A stretch of DNA of 64,000 bases from an uncultured Pseudomonadota bacterium (GCA_963847705.1 CAWKBC010000032.1:1-64000), one strand, 5' to 3'; shown: positions 42,950 through 54,788, counted from the stretch's first letter. Notes: a model not told the origin generated them from the sequence alone. Made by a program: numbers and translations.

Positions 42950-43702
42950 TTACATTAAAAGTCCGCCGTTGACCCGTAAGACTTGCCCCGTGACATAGGC
43001 TGCGCCGGGGCCCGCCAGATAGGCGACGGCGGCCGCCACGTCGTCGGGTGTCCCCACGCGTCCAAGCGGAATCGTCTTCATGAGCTCCTCGCGGCGCGCG
43101 GGGGGCAGCTCGCTGGCGGTCATGTCGGTTTCGATGTAGCCGGGCGAGACCGCGTTGCAAGTGACGCCGCGCGAGGCGTACTCCTTGGCCAGCGTCTTCG
43201 TCAACCCGATGACCCCGGCCTTGGCGGCGACGTAGGGCGCCTGACCAGCCGAGCCCCCCTCCCCCGTGATCGACGTGATGTTGATGATGCGGCCCGCCTC
43301 GCGCGCCTTCATCAGCGCGCGCAGCGCCGCCCGGCAGCAGTGATAGGTGCCGCTCAGATTCACGTCGAGTGACCGCTTCCAGTCGGCGTCCTTGCCCCCG
43401 AGCACCAGCCCGTTGACGGCGATGCCGGCGTTGTTGACCAGGATGTGCAGCGCCCCCTCGGCGGCGATGAGCTCCTTGAAGGCGGCGTCGACCGCGGCAG
43501 AGTCGGCCACGTCGAATCGCTTGGCGGCCGCCGTCCCACCGGCGGCGACGACGGCGGCCACGGCCTCCGCGGCGGCCGTCTCGTTGGACGTGTAGTTGAC
43601 GATGACCTTGGCGCCTGCGCGCCCCAGCGCGACGGCGATGGCGCGCCCGATCCCGCGAGATCCGCCGGTGACGACCGCGATCTTCCCCTCGAGCTCACGC
43701 AT
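42950..43702 (-). CDS. fabG: 3-oxoacyl-ACP reductase
   Basis: [25 protein letters not shown]. Confidence 0.95.
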   Translation of the reverse strand: MRELEGKIAVVTGGSRGIGRAIAVALGRAGAKVIVNYTSNETAAAEAVAAVVAAGGTAAAKRFDVADSAAVDAAFKELIAAEGALHILVNNAGIAVNGLVLGGKDADWKRSLDVNLSGTYHCCRAALRALMKAREAGRIINITSITGEGGSAGQAPYVAAKAGVIGLTKTLAKEYASRGVTCNAVSPGYIETDMTASELPPARREELMKTIPLGRVGTPDDVAAAVAYLAGPGAAYVTGQVLRVNGGLLM

Positions 43703-44663
43703 TTGCACGATCCTCCCCCGCATCGGCCGCCAGTGCCAGGACAGCGTCTGGATCGCCCGCCGATGCCGTCGTGATGGCCGGCGCGATCCGCCGGACGAGC
43801 CCCGCCAGGACGTTCCCTGCGCCGACCTCGATGGCGCGCGTCACGCCCATCGACGAGAGGCGCTCGATTGACTCTTCCCAGCGCACCGGCGCCGTCACCT
43901 GGCGGATGAGGAGCTCGCGCACGCGCGTCGGGTCCTGGTTGGGCGCCGCCTCGACGTTGGTCACCACCGGCACCTCGGAGGGAGCGATCTCGACGCGCGC
44001 CAGCTCGGCCGCCAACCTGTCGGCGGCCGGCTGCATGAGCGCGCAATGAAACGGGGCGCTCACCGCGAGCGGGACGGCGCGCTTGGCGCCGCGGGCCTTG
44101 GCGCCGGCACAGGCCCGCTCGACCGCCGCCTTGTGACCGGCGATCACCACCTGGCCGCCTCCGTTCAGGTTGGCGGGGCTCACCACCTCGGCGCCAGCCG
44201 CCTCGCGGCAGGCGGCGGCCACCTCCTCGGCGCCGAGCCCCAGGATGGCGGCCATGGCGCCGACCCCGGGCGGAACGGCCTCTTGCATGAACTTCCCGCG
44301 CAGGTGAACCAGCCGAACCGCGTCGGCGAACCGCAACGCCCCCGTGGCCACCAGCGCGCTGTACTCGCCGAGCGAGTGCCCCGCCACGGCGATCGGAGCC
44401 ACCGCCGTGTGAGCGCGAAGGAATCCCAGCGCCGCGATGCTGACGGTCAAGATTGCCGGCTGCGCGTTGGCGGTCGAGGTGAGCTCCGCCTCCGGCCCTT
44501 CGAAGCAGATCTTGGAGAGCGCGTAGCCGAGCACGGCATCGGCCTCCGCGAAGAGGGCCCGCGCCCCCGCGTCCGCGTCGTGGAGCGCGCGGCCCATCCC
44601 GACCTTCTGGGAGCCCTGGCCGGGGAAAAGCAGCGCGGTCGCCGGCGACGAGGCCGCCTTCAC
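43695..44663 (-). CDS. fabD: Malonyl-CoA:ACP transacylase
   Basis: FPGQGSQ, GHSLGEY, VSAPFH; GTG overlaps the fabH stop. Confidence 0.96.
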   Translation of the reverse strand: MKAASSPATALLFPGQGSQKVGMGRALHDADAGARALFAEADAVLGYALSKICFEGPEAELTSTANAQPAILTVSIAALGFLRAHTAVAPIAVAGHSLGEYSALVATGALRFADAVRLVHLRGKFMQEAVPPGVGAMAAILGLGAEEVAAACREAAGAEVVSPANLNGGGQVVIAGHKAAVERACAGAKARGAKRAVPLAVSAPFHCALMQPAADRLAAELARVEIAPSEVPVVTNVEAAPNQDPTRVRELLIRQVTAPVRWEESIERLSSMGVTRAIEVGAGNVLAGLVRRIAPAITTASAGDPDAVLALAADAGEDRANA

Positions 44664-45649
44664 CACCGGACCGCCGCCGAGGCCCAGGCGAGACCGCCGC
44701 CCAGCGCCGCGAAGATCAGCAGATCGTTCGGCTTGAGCTTCCCCTGCTCGATCGCCTCGTCGAGCGCCGTCGGCACCGAGGCCGAGGAGGTGTTGCCGTA
44801 CCGATCCACGTTGGTGAAGAAGCGGGACATCGGGATCCCCACCCGGTCGGAGACCCCCTCGAGGATCCGGAGGTTCGCCTGGTGCGCGATCACCCAGGCG
44901 ACGTCGTCGGGCGAGTAGCCATTGGCCTCCAGCGCCGTGCGCGCGCAGGCCGCCATGTTGCGCACGGCGTGCTTGTAGACCTCGCGCCCGTTCATCTGGA
45001 CGTACTGGCGCTTGGCGGCGACGGCCTCCGGGGTCACGGGCTCGCGGCTGCCGCCGACCGGCTGCCACAAGATCTCGGCCTGGCTGCCGTCGGCGAAGAG
45101 GTGCGTCGAGAGGAGCCGCCCGGCGCTGGTGTCGTCACCCGCCGTCATCAGGACAGCGCCGGCGGCGTCGCCGAAGAGCACGCAGGTCGAGCGATCGGTC
45201 CAGTCGACAATGCGGGAGAGCACCTCGACCCCGATCACCAGCACGTTCTTGAACTGCCCGATGCGGATGAAGGCGTCGGCGATCGACATCCCGTAGAGAA
45301 AACCGGCGCAGGCCGCCGAGAGATCGAAGGCGCAGCTGCCGGAGGGCGCGCCCAGCTTCTTCTGCACGAAGGTGGCGGTGGCCGGAAAGGGGCAGTCGCC
45401 GGTGACGGTCCCCACGATGATGCAGTCGACGGCCGAGGGATCGACGCCCGCCTTGCGGCAGGCCTGCCGCCCCGCCTCGGCCGCCAGATCGCTGGCCGCC
45501 TGCGAGGGATCCAGGATGTGGCGCTCGCGGATGCCGGTGCGCTCGACGATCCAGGCGTCAGAGGTGTCGACCATGCGCGATAGGTCGTCGTTGGTCAGGA
45601 TCTTGGGGGGAACCGCCCGACCGGTCCCCACGATGCGGCTGCGGATCAC
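44660..45649 (-). CDS. fabH: 3-oxoacyl-ACP synthase III
   Basis: RTGIRER, AACAGF, LFGD, HQANLRI, GNTSSAS. Confidence 0.96.
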   Translation of the reverse strand: MIRSRIVGTGRAVPPKILTNDDLSRMVDTSDAWIVERTGIRERHILDPSQAASDLAAEAGRQACRKAGVDPSAVDCIIVGTVTGDCPFPATATFVQKKLGAPSGSCAFDLSAACAGFLYGMSIADAFIRIGQFKNVLVIGVEVLSRIVDWTDRSTCVLFGDAAGAVLMTAGDDTSAGRLLSTHLFADGSQAEILWQPVGGSREPVTPEAVAAKRQYVQMNGREVYKHAVRNMAACARTALEANGYSPDDVAWVIAHQANLRILEGVSDRVGIPMSRFFTNVDRYGNTSSASVPTALDEAIEQGKLKPNDLLIFAALGGGLAWASAAVRW

Positions 45650-46710
45650 GAGATGGCCTCCGCGCCCGGCGGCGAAGCGGCGGCCGCCTCCGCCAGAAAG
45701 GCGTGGCGCGCGACCGCGGCCGACAGCTCCTTGCCAAGACCGATCTGCGCGAAGCGATCGGCAACATAGACGGCGTTTTGCATGGCGGTCGCGTTCGAGC
45801 CTCCGTGACAGATGAGCGCGATCCCGTCGACGCCGAGGAGCGGCGCGCCGCCATGTTCGGCGTAGTCGGTCCGCTTGCGGAGCCGCTTGAGCGCCCCGGT
45901 CATCAACGCCGCGCCGATCTTGGCCAGGACGCCGGAGCGCGAAACCTCTTCCTTGACGATCCCCAGCATCGTCTCCGCGGCACCCTCCACGCACTTGAGC
46001 AAGACGTTGCCGGTGAACCCATCGGTCACCACCACGTCGACCTGCCCCTCGAAGATGTCGCGCCCCTCGACGTAGCCGACGTAGCTGAAGTCGGGGTTGC
46101 TGGCCGGGATGCGCGCCAGGATCTGATGCGCTTCGCGGGTCAGCGGCGTCCCCTTGTGCTCTTCGGAGCCGTTCGAGAGGAGACCCACCTTGGGGCGTGT
46201 CTTGCCGTGCAAGAGCCGCGCGTAGACCGATCCCAGGACCCCGAACTGGGCCAGCACCGCCGGCTTGGGATCGACGTTGGCCCCCATGTCGAGGAGAGCG
46301 CACTCGCCGGCCCGCGTGGGGAAGGTGGTCACGATCGCCGGCCGCTCCACCCCGGGCAGCCGTCCCAGCACGAACAGGCCACAGGCCATCATCGCGCCTG
46401 AATTGCCGGCCGAGACGACCGCGTCGGCCTCGCCGGACTTCACCAGATCGAAGCAGACCCGCATCGACGACTTCTTCTTCTGCTTCACCGCCATCGACGG
46501 CGGATCGTGCATGGTGATCACGTCGGGCGCGTGGCGCACGACGATGCGCGCCGCCTCGGCGCCGAGCCCCTTCAGCTCGGCCCGCAGGCGCGCCTCGTCA
46601 CCGACCAGGACGACGTCGATTCCGCGCGCGCGCACGGCGGCCACGACGCCCTCGACCTCGACACGAGGTGCGGCGTCGGACCCCATGGCGTCGACGGCAA
46701 TGCGCGGCAT
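45646..46710 (-). CDS. plsX: Phosphate acyltransferase
   Basis: IAVDAMGSD, SAGNSGA, LDMGAN, DGFTGN, GGAPLLG, HG. Confidence 0.96.
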   Translation of the reverse strand: MPRIAVDAMGSDAAPRVEVEGVVAAVRARGIDVVLVGDEARLRAELKGLGAEAARIVVRHAPDVITMHDPPSMAVKQKKKSSMRVCFDLVKSGEADAVVSAGNSGAMMACGLFVLGRLPGVERPAIVTTFPTRAGECALLDMGANVDPKPAVLAQFGVLGSVYARLLHGKTRPKVGLLSNGSEEHKGTPLTREAHQILARIPASNPDFSYVGYVEGRDIFEGQVDVVVTDGFTGNVLLKCVEGAAETMLGIVKEEVSRSGVLAKIGAALMTGALKRLRKRTDYAEHGGAPLLGVDGIALICHGGSNATAMQNAVYVADRFAQIGLGKELSAAVARHAFLAEAAAASPPGAEAIS

Positions 46711-46749
46711 GTTCGCGGCCCTATAGAATGTGGCCGCTCGCTCCCAGAC

Positions 46750-46944
46750 TCACGCCTGCTCTTCTTCCTTCGGCGCGATCACCAGCCGGTCGCGGTAGTA
46801 GCCGCAACCCGCGCACATCCGGTGGGTGCGCTTCGGTTCGCCGCAACGCGGGCAGGGAACGAAGTTCGGCACCGGCTTCTTCATCACCTGCGCGCGCCGG
46901 ATCGCGGAGCGGGATTTGGACTGTCTTCTCTTCGGAACGGCCAT
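46750..46944 (-). CDS. rpmF: 50S ribosomal protein L32 (Zn-binding type)
   Basis: MAVPKRRQSKSR; CPRCG...HRMCAGCGYY. Confidence 0.96.
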   Translation of the reverse strand: MAVPKRRQSKSRSAIRRAQVMKKPVPNFVPCPRCGEPKRTHRMCAGCGYYRDRLVIAPKEEEQA

Positions 46945-46968
46945 GGGTCGAAACCTTTCTTAATGTGC

Positions 46969-47493
46969 CTACTGGGAGTTGGAAAGTTTCAGCTTGCCGA
47001 GCGCGGCGAACGTGCCCCCCGCCGCGACGTCGGTCTTGCAGGCGCAAGCGGTGAGGTTGCGGTTGCCGCCGCAAACGGTGCAGAGCCCGCGACAAGCTTC
47101 CTTGCACAGCGGATTGATGGGCAGGGCCAGCAGGATCTCGTCGCGAATTTCGTCGCCCACGTCGATCTCGTTGCCCAAAAAAGCAATCACGTCGGGGTCC
47201 TCGTCGTCCCCCGTCTTGTTGGCCTCGGCCGAAACGAAGGTGACCACCAGCGGCACGTTGAGGCCGACCTGGGCCGGCTCCAGGCAGCGGGCACAGGTCG
47301 TCTCGATCTGTCCCTGCAGGCTGGCGCGCAGCAGGTAGTCCTCACCCATTTTTTCGAGCCGGCCGCGCAGGGCCAAGCCCTTCGGTCCTGGGTGGGCATC
47401 CAGATCGGGGCACGCGGCGGCCATCCAATCGGATGTCACCGGCACGCTCAGCGGAAGCCCTTCAGCTCCGATCTCGTTGATTTTAAACCGCAT
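46969..47493 (-). CDS. yceD: YceD/DUF177 family protein
   Basis: CARCL; LLALP..PLCKEACRGLCTVCG; directly upstream of rpmF. Confidence 0.9.
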   Translation of the reverse strand: MRFKINEIGAEGLPLSVPVTSDWMAAACPDLDAHPGPKGLALRGRLEKMGEDYLLRASLQGQIETTCARCLEPAQVGLNVPLVVTFVSAEANKTGDDEDPDVIAFLGNEIDVGDEIRDEILLALPINPLCKEACRGLCTVCGGNRNLTACACKTDVAAGGTFAALGKLKLSNSQ

Positions 47494-47632
47494 TTTGAGC
47501 GACACGTCACCCGGAGGTGGGTCGAAAAGGTGAGTTACTATAGGAAGGAGGCCCCCGGAGTCAAGCCGAGCGGCTTGGCGCAAGGCAGCAACCCCCAGAC
47601 TTCAGCTCGCTTCTTCCGCTTGCTCCGGGACC

Positions 47633-49178
47633 TTACTTGGAGGCAGCCCCCGCGGCGGCGCCCCCGCCGACCAGCAACAGCGACTTCAGAATCCTCGTCG
47701 TTGAAGCGGAGTTGCAGGCCCAGGAACCAGTCAAAGCCGCCGCCGGTCCCGGCTTCGCCGCGGTGGTAGTTGAGGAGATCGTCCGCGCCGGCCACCGCGT
47801 AGAAGGTCTTGTTCCAGAGCTCCCCGGCGACGGCCACCTTGACGCGAGGATTCTGGCCCACCGTCGACTGGGCGAAGCCGAAGACGTCGGCGGACAGCTC
47901 GAGCTTGTCGTCGAACAGGTAGAGATCGCCGCCCACGCCGCCGGTCGACTCCTTGATCCCGAAGCGCCCCGCGACCGTCGCCCCTCCGAAGCTGATCCGC
48001 TTGCCGAACATCAACGAGAACCGCAGGGCGTCGGAGGTGGTGGTGGTGATGTCACTGACGAAGCCATTCGTCGAGCTGTGCGACGCGGTGAGAACCGTGT
48101 TCGAGTAGCCGCGCGGATCCTCGATGAGCTCGATCAGGTAGAACTTGTCTGGCCGGGGCATGATCTGCACCGACAGATAGTTCTTCAGCGTGTTGGAGAG
48201 GATGTTGTACTCGGTGCGCAGCCCGACGATGGTCTGCAGCTTGGTGACGCTGCGGATGAAGCCGCTGGCGTTCTCGGTGATGTCCTCGACGTTGCGCGCG
48301 ATGGTGTCGTCGTTGAGGATGTGTCCGACCGTCCCGTCGCCCTTGTCGATTCGTTCGGTGATCGCCTCGATGTTCTTCATCGACTTGTCGAGGTTGTCGA
48401 GCGTGTTCTGAAGCCGATCGATCGAGCCTTGCATCTTGTTTCCGGTCCCCGCGATTTGCCCCTGCGTGGTCCCCACCAGCGACTTGATCGAATCGGTGAT
48501 GTCGCGGACGTTCTTGATCGACGCCTTGACGTCGCCCGCCTCGGTCGAGGTCACCCCCTCGACGTTGGCGGCGATGGTGTCGACCCGCTCCAGGAGGCGC
48601 CCCAGCGTGTCGGCGTTGCTCTCGATCAGCTTGTTGATGTTGTCGGCGATGTCGGTGATGGTCCCCGAGGTCAGCTTGCGGACGTCCGCCAGGATGTCGT
48701 GCAGGATCGGCAGCAGCGTGCCGACATCGTCCATGATGTCGCCCATCGCCGTCGGCTCGCGGATGTTCTTGATCTGGTCACCATCCACCAGGACCCGCAT
48801 CTTCTGCTTCTGCCCGTTGACCAGGCCGTAGGGCGACCCGGGATCGACCTCCAAGAAATATTCGCCCAGCAGCGAGGCCGACTTCTTGGAGACCAGGGCG
48901 TTCTCATAGAGCGTGATGCCCGGGAGCATCTTGATGGTGATCTTGGCCTTGGCCGTCTCGGGATCGAGCTTGCGCTCGCCGATCTCGCCGACCGAGATGC
49001 CGGCGGTCTGCACCCGCGACTTCTCGAACAGCCCCGAGGCGTCGCGAAACAGCCCCCAGACGGCGATGCCGCGCGAGCCGGAGTTGTGCTCGGAGGTCGA
49101 GCGCACCAGGATGTAGCTGAGGACGCCCACGATCAACACCAAGAGGCCGACCGTCACCGACGCCCAGCTGCGCCTCAC
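47633..49178 (-). CDS. mlaD: MlaD/MCE-family protein with a long helical region; 1-bp insertion at about 47690
   Basis: N-terminal TM plus MCE (DASGL...V..AGI.VG...LLGEYFLEVDPG). Removing one base gives FNDEDLKSLL...ASK-TAA ending at 47633. Confidence 0.85.
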
Positions 49179-50041
49179 GCGTGCGCTCCCGATCCGGGCG
49201 TGCCGGGCGTGCTGGGCGCAACCAGCCCCGAGGTCTCCACGAACTCGCGCAGCTCCGGCTGCTGGCTCACCAGCACCTCGGCGGGCGTGCCGCTCACGAT
49301 GATCTTGCCGCCGGCCAGCATGGAGATGCGATCGCCGATCCGGAAGGTGGAGGCCATGTCGTGCGAGATCACCACCGAGGTGACGCCGAACTCGTCGGCG
49401 GTGCGGCGGATCATCTCGTCGACGTTCTTGGTGGCCACCGGATCGAGCCCGGTCGTCGGCTCGTCGTAGAGCAGGATCTCCGGGCGGTCGATGAGGGCGC
49501 GCGCCAGACCGACCCGCTTGCGCTGGCCACCCGACAGCTCGGGCGGAAACTTCTGTTCGATGCCTCCCACGTTCTCCAGATCGAGCCGCTTCAACAGGTC
49601 GCGCACCCGCTCCATCACCTCCGCGCGCGGAAGGTTGTAGCGCTCGAGCAGCGGGAAGGCGATGTTCTCCACGACATTCATCGAATCGAACAGCGCCGCG
49701 TACTGGAACACCATCCCGTACTTCCGCCGCAGCGTCCTCATTTCCTGATCGCCGAACGGCACCACGTCGACGCCGTCGACCCAGATCTGGCCGGCGTCGG
49801 GCTTGAGCAGCCCCATGAGGTGCTTCATCAGCACCGACTTCCCCTGCCCCGAGCCGCCGATGATGATGTTGGTGCGGCCGCGCTCGATGTCGAGATCGAC
49901 GCCGCGGAGCACGTGCTGCGGCGGGAAGCTCTTGTGCAGCCCGCGGACGCGAATCTGCCAGCGCTCATCGCGCCGGGCGAACTCGCCCCCGCCCGCGGAC
50001 GGATCGACGACGGCCGGAACAGTGGCGTGCTGCGCGTTCAC
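49175..50041 (-). CDS. mlaF: MlaF-like ABC transporter ATP-binding protein
   Basis: GGSGQGKS, LSGGQRKR, LYDEPTTGLDP, SHD. Confidence 0.92.
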   Translation of the reverse strand: MNAQHATVPAVVDPSAGGGEFARRDERWQIRVRGLHKSFPPQHVLRGVDLDIERGRTNIIIGGSGQGKSVLMKHLMGLLKPDAGQIWVDGVDVVPFGDQEMRTLRRKYGMVFQYAALFDSMNVVENIAFPLLERYNLPRAEVMERVRDLLKRLDLENVGGIEQKFPPELSGGQRKRVGLARALIDRPEILLYDEPTTGLDPVATKNVDEMIRRTADEFGVTSVVISHDMASTFRIGDRISMLAGGKIIVSGTPAEVLVSQQPELREFVETSGLVAPSTPGTPGSGAHA

Positions 50042-50889
50042 GATTGATAGGGCCAAAGGATGTGGAAGATATCGATCAAGAAATAATCGGACACCAGAAC
50101 CGAGACCGAGCCTGCAACCACTGCCCTCGTCGTTGCAAGCCCCACTTCCTTGGCGCCGCCCCGGACATTGAACCCCTGGAAGCAGGCCGCCACCGAGAGC
50201 GTCACGCCGAAGACCGCCGCCTTGGTGGCGCCGATGATGTAGTCCTTGGGGTCGGTCCAGTACTTGAATTGCTCCAGGAACTGGCCGAGATCGATGTGCT
50301 CCAGGAAGATCGAATAGAGATAGGCGCCGATGAGGCCCACGATGTTGAACACCATCGTCATGATCGGCATCATGAAAACCGAAGCGACGATCCGGGGCGT
50401 GACCAGGTATTGAACCGGATCGACCGCGAAGGTGGTGAGCGCGTCGATCTGCTCGGTGATCCGCATCGACCCCAGCTCGGTCGCCATCCCCGAGCCGGCG
50501 CGGGCAGTGATCATGAGCGCCGTGAAGACTGGCGCCAGCTCCTGGGCCAGCGACAGACCGACGGTGGCCCCCACGAAGCGTTCCTGGTTGAAAATGCGCA
50601 GCGCGCTGATCGCCTGCTGGGCCGAGACGGCGCCCGAGAAGAACCCCACCAGGCAGATGATGGGGAGCGACCCCACCCCGACGAACTGCATCTGGTCGAG
50701 GAACAGCTTCAGCCGGAAGGGCTTCCGGAAGAGGCCGGCCATCGCGTTCCCGAGCAAGAGCGTGTGGTCCCCGAAGTAGGTCAGGATCGACCGCAGCGGG
50801 GCGTACGCCGCCTCCAGCAGCGCGGCGCCGACGCCCGGCTGGGCCGCCGCCCCTCCGTCGGGGGGATCGACCGTCGACGCCGCGCTCAT
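50038..50889 (-). CDS. mlaE: MlaE-like ABC transporter permease
   Basis: ELAPV, ARAGSGMATELGSMRITEQIDAL, GAKEVGLATT. Confidence 0.93.
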   Translation of the reverse strand: MSAASTVDPPDGGAAAQPGVGAALLEAAYAPLRSILTYFGDHTLLLGNAMAGLFRKPFRLKLFLDQMQFVGVGSLPIICLVGFFSGAVSAQQAISALRIFNQERFVGATVGLSLAQELAPVFTALMITARAGSGMATELGSMRITEQIDALTTFAVDPVQYLVTPRIVASVFMMPIMTMVFNIVGLIGAYLYSIFLEHIDLGQFLEQFKYWTDPKDYIIGATKAAVFGVTLSVAACFQGFNVRGGAKEVGLATTRAVVAGSVSVLVSDYFLIDIFHILWPYQS

Positions 50890-52115
50890 CGCGCGCCCGT
50901 CGGGGCACCGCAGATGATCGCAGCGTCACGAAGAACGCGCGGCACCCGTTTCGAGATCCCGCAGAGGATCTCGTAACTGACCGTTCCCGCCCAGCGCGCC
51001 AGGTGGTCGACCGTGATCTCCTCGGCGCCGTCGCGGCCGATCAGCGTCACTGGCCCCTCCAGCGCCGAGGCGGGCAGATCGGTCACGTCGATCATCATCA
51101 TGTCCATACATACCGCGCCCACGATCGGAACGCGCTGCCCGGCGAGCAACACCTCGGCGCCGCGGACGTGGCGCGGGTAACCGTCGGCGTAACCGACCGG
51201 CAGCGTCGCCACCCGAGACGGGCGCGCCGCGCGCCAGAGCGCGCCGTAGCTGACCCCGACCCCGACCGCGACGTCGCGCACCGCCATGACGCGCGTGCGC
51301 AAGGCCAGCGCCCCCTCCAGCCCCGGCAGGGCCACGCGCTCGGAGGGCATCGCGCCGTACAGCGCCAGCCCGGGCCTGACCGCATCGAGGCGCGCCAGCG
51401 GGAAGCGAACCGCCGCCGCGCTGTTGGCGGCGTGGTTGACGAGACCCTGGAAGCCGAGCTGCGCGGCCCGCTCCAGCCCCTTGCCGAACTGGGCCAGCGC
51501 CGCCTCGGTGCTGCCGGCGTCGGCCAGATCGGCCGAGCCAAAGTGGGTGCAGATCCCCGCCAGGCGCAGGGCCGGGAGCTCGGCCAGGCGCGCCAGCATC
51601 GCCTCGAGATCGGCCGGAGCGATCCCCAGGCGGCTCATTCCGGTGTCGATCTTGACGTGCACGTCGGCCCGACGCCCCCGGCGCGCGGCGGCCGCGGCGA
51701 ACTTCTCGAGCTCCCCGCGATCGTAGACGACGGGCGTCAAGCGCTCGGCCAGGACTTCGTCTTGATGACGGTTGTAGTAGGCGCCGAGCACGAGGATGGG
51801 GGCGCGGATCCCTGCCGCGCGCAGTTCCAGACCCTCTTCGACCAGAGAGACCGCCAGGGCGTTGCACAGCGGCTCGAGCGCACGCGCCACCGGTACGGCG
51901 CCGTGCCCGTAGGCGTCAGCCTTGACGACGCCGAACAGGCGGACCCCCGGCCCGACGAGCTGCCGCAGACGCGCCTGATTCCGCTGCACGGCACCGAGAT
52001 CGATCTCGGCGACCGTGGGACGAATGGAGGTGCGAATGTCGACTTCGGCGAACGGGACGCGTATCCCTTCCGCCGCAGCCCCACCGACTTTGGGTTGGCT
52101 GGCCAATCCCTGCAA
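50886..52115 (-). CDS. alr: Alanine racemase
   Basis: VVKADAYGHG (PLP Lys), KIDTGMSRLG, GYADG, VCMD; start uncertain. Confidence 0.95.
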   Translation of the reverse strand: MQGLASQPKVGGAAAEGIRVPFAEVDIRTSIRPTVAEIDLGAVQRNQARLRQLVGPGVRLFGVVKADAYGHGAVPVARALEPLCNALAVSLVEEGLELRAAGIRAPILVLGAYYNRHQDEVLAERLTPVVYDRGELEKFAAAAARRGRRADVHVKIDTGMSRLGIAPADLEAMLARLAELPALRLAGICTHFGSADLADAGSTEAALAQFGKGLERAAQLGFQGLVNHAANSAAAVRFPLARLDAVRPGLALYGAMPSERVALPGLEGALALRTRVMAVRDVAVGVGVSYGALWRAARPSRVATLPVGYADGYPRHVRGAEVLLAGQRVPIVGAVCMDMMMIDVTDLPASALEGPVTLIGRDGAEEITVDHLARWAGTVSYEILCGISKRVPRVLRDAAIICGAPTGAR

Positions 52116-52196
52116 AGTTTCACCCGCGCTCGACGCAGCGTCAATTCTTGCCGTGCGTTTCGAAGCTCGGCCACACGCCGAGCGCGACCGCGCCCC

Positions 52197-52943
52197 TCAG
52201 GCGGCGGTTTCGACGAGCCGCCTGCTCACCAGCAGGGAGCGTCCGCGCGGCGTGAGCAGTCCTTGACGGACCAGCTCCGAGACGGTGCGCGAAACCGTCT
52301 CCCGACAGGCGCCGATCTGATTGGCCAGCTCCTGCTGGGTCGGTCGGTTGCGGATCAGCAAGCCCTCCGGCCCAGCCGTCCCATCCTGGCGGCCGATGGC
52401 GACCAGGCGCGAGACGACGCGTTCCTGCACGCCGGCCAGCGCCAGCCCGGTCGCCAGCTGCTTCGACCGCTCGAGCCGGGCCACCAGGTCAGCCCCCAGC
52501 GCCAGCGCCATCTCGGGCGTCGCCCGCAGACAGGCCAGAAAGGGCTCGCGGGGGATGATGAGGAGCGTCGAGGCCTCGACCGCCTCCCAGTCGTGTGCGA
52601 GCGGCGTCTCCGGCGCCAGCGCCCCATCGGCGATCAAGTCACCTGCGCGAAAGATCTCCATGGAGATCTCCCGGCCGTTGACGGCGCGGCAGACCGCGCG
52701 AACCTTCCCCCGCACCACGGCGACGGCGACGTCGAGCCGCCCTCCTTGAGGTGCGATGTTCGCGCCCCGTCCGACCGCCCGCAGGGTGGCGTCCCGCGCG
52801 AGAAGTCGGAGCGCCTCCGCCGGTGCCCGCTCGAGCTGCGGGCAGGCCTTGAGCGCCTCCATGATGGGTGCGTCGGCCGGGACGGCCGGCCTCATCAATT
52901 TGCCGAACGAATCGAAATCGAGTGTTGCTGGTGCGATGGCCAT
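52197..52943 (-). CDS. Crp/Fnr-family transcriptional regulator
   Basis: cNMP-fold N-domain; HTH TQQELANQIGACRETVSR; AAGGAGG RBS. Confidence 0.9.
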   Translation of the reverse strand: MAIAPATLDFDSFGKLMRPAVPADAPIMEALKACPQLERAPAEALRLLARDATLRAVGRGANIAPQGGRLDVAVAVVRGKVRAVCRAVNGREISMEIFRAGDLIADGALAPETPLAHDWEAVEASTLLIIPREPFLACLRATPEMALALGADLVARLERSKQLATGLALAGVQERVVSRLVAIGRQDGTAGPEGLLIRNRPTQQELANQIGACRETVSRTVSELVRQGLLTPRGRSLLVSRRLVETAA

Positions 52944-53043
52944 GCGCGCCTCCTTAGGCTTGGCCGCATCTCCATCGCAACGGCGGTGCCAACGCCACAG
53001 GCGCGAAACCACTAGGGATTTTTCGAAAGCGCCCGGGCCGGCT

Positions 53044-53072
53044 CGGTGTGACGTGGCGCGCACGCCACACCG
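53044..53072. promoter_or_regulatory. 12-bp inverted repeat (1 mismatch, 5-nt loop) upstream of the Crp gene
   Basis: CGGTGTGACGTG-GCGCG-CACGCCACACCG; function unknown (operator or terminator-like hairpin). Confidence 0.35.
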
Positions 53073-53135
53073 GCCGTGAAAAATCCGGGCCCTCGAAGCC
53101 CCCCTGGGCGTCCATCGAGCCCCCGGGGCGCCCGA

Positions 53136-53501
53136 TCAGGCGGCCTTCTTGGCGACCTTCCCCTTCGCCTTCCCCTTGGCCTTCTCGGCGCGGCGCTGCT
53201 CCCGGTACTTCTTGATGTCGGCTTTCGGCAGATCCTTGTGCTTGGAGCAGACCATCCCGAACACCGGGGCGGCGCGGTTGGAGCAGCCAGGCACGGGACA
53301 GAGCTGAATCGGTCCCTTGCGCCGCTTGCGACCACTGCCGGCGAGCTTGCCGGCGCCACGCGCCAATCCGGCCGGCGCCTGACCGCCGAACGCGGTCAGC
53401 ACGGCATCGCGCGCGCGAGAGACGGTGTCCTGCTCGATCAATGAAGCCAATCTATCGACGAACTGTTCTACGAGGTCCTGAATATCGGTCGTTCTAGCCA
53501 T
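53136..53501 (-). CDS. Small basic Cys3His zinc-finger protein (VegA-like architecture), 121 aa
   Basis: GGGGAG RBS before ATG 53501; amphipathic N-helix, RKRRK linker, CPVPGC...CSKH, Lys/Ala tail. Confidence 0.8.
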   Translation of the reverse strand: MARTTDIQDLVEQFVDRLASLIEQDTVSRARDAVLTAFGGQAPAGLARGAGKLAGSGRKRRKGPIQLCPVPGCSNRAAPVFGMVCSKHKDLPKADIKKYREQRRAEKAKGKAKGKVAKKAA

Positions 53502-53600
53502 TTTTTCTCCCCCTGGTTGCGCGCGCAGACTAGCTGTGAACGATCGTCGATGCAAAGGTAAAAGCCTTGATTCGCCGTCGATCCGTGTCAAAAGGAGACG

Positions 53601-54788
<1,188 letters not shown>

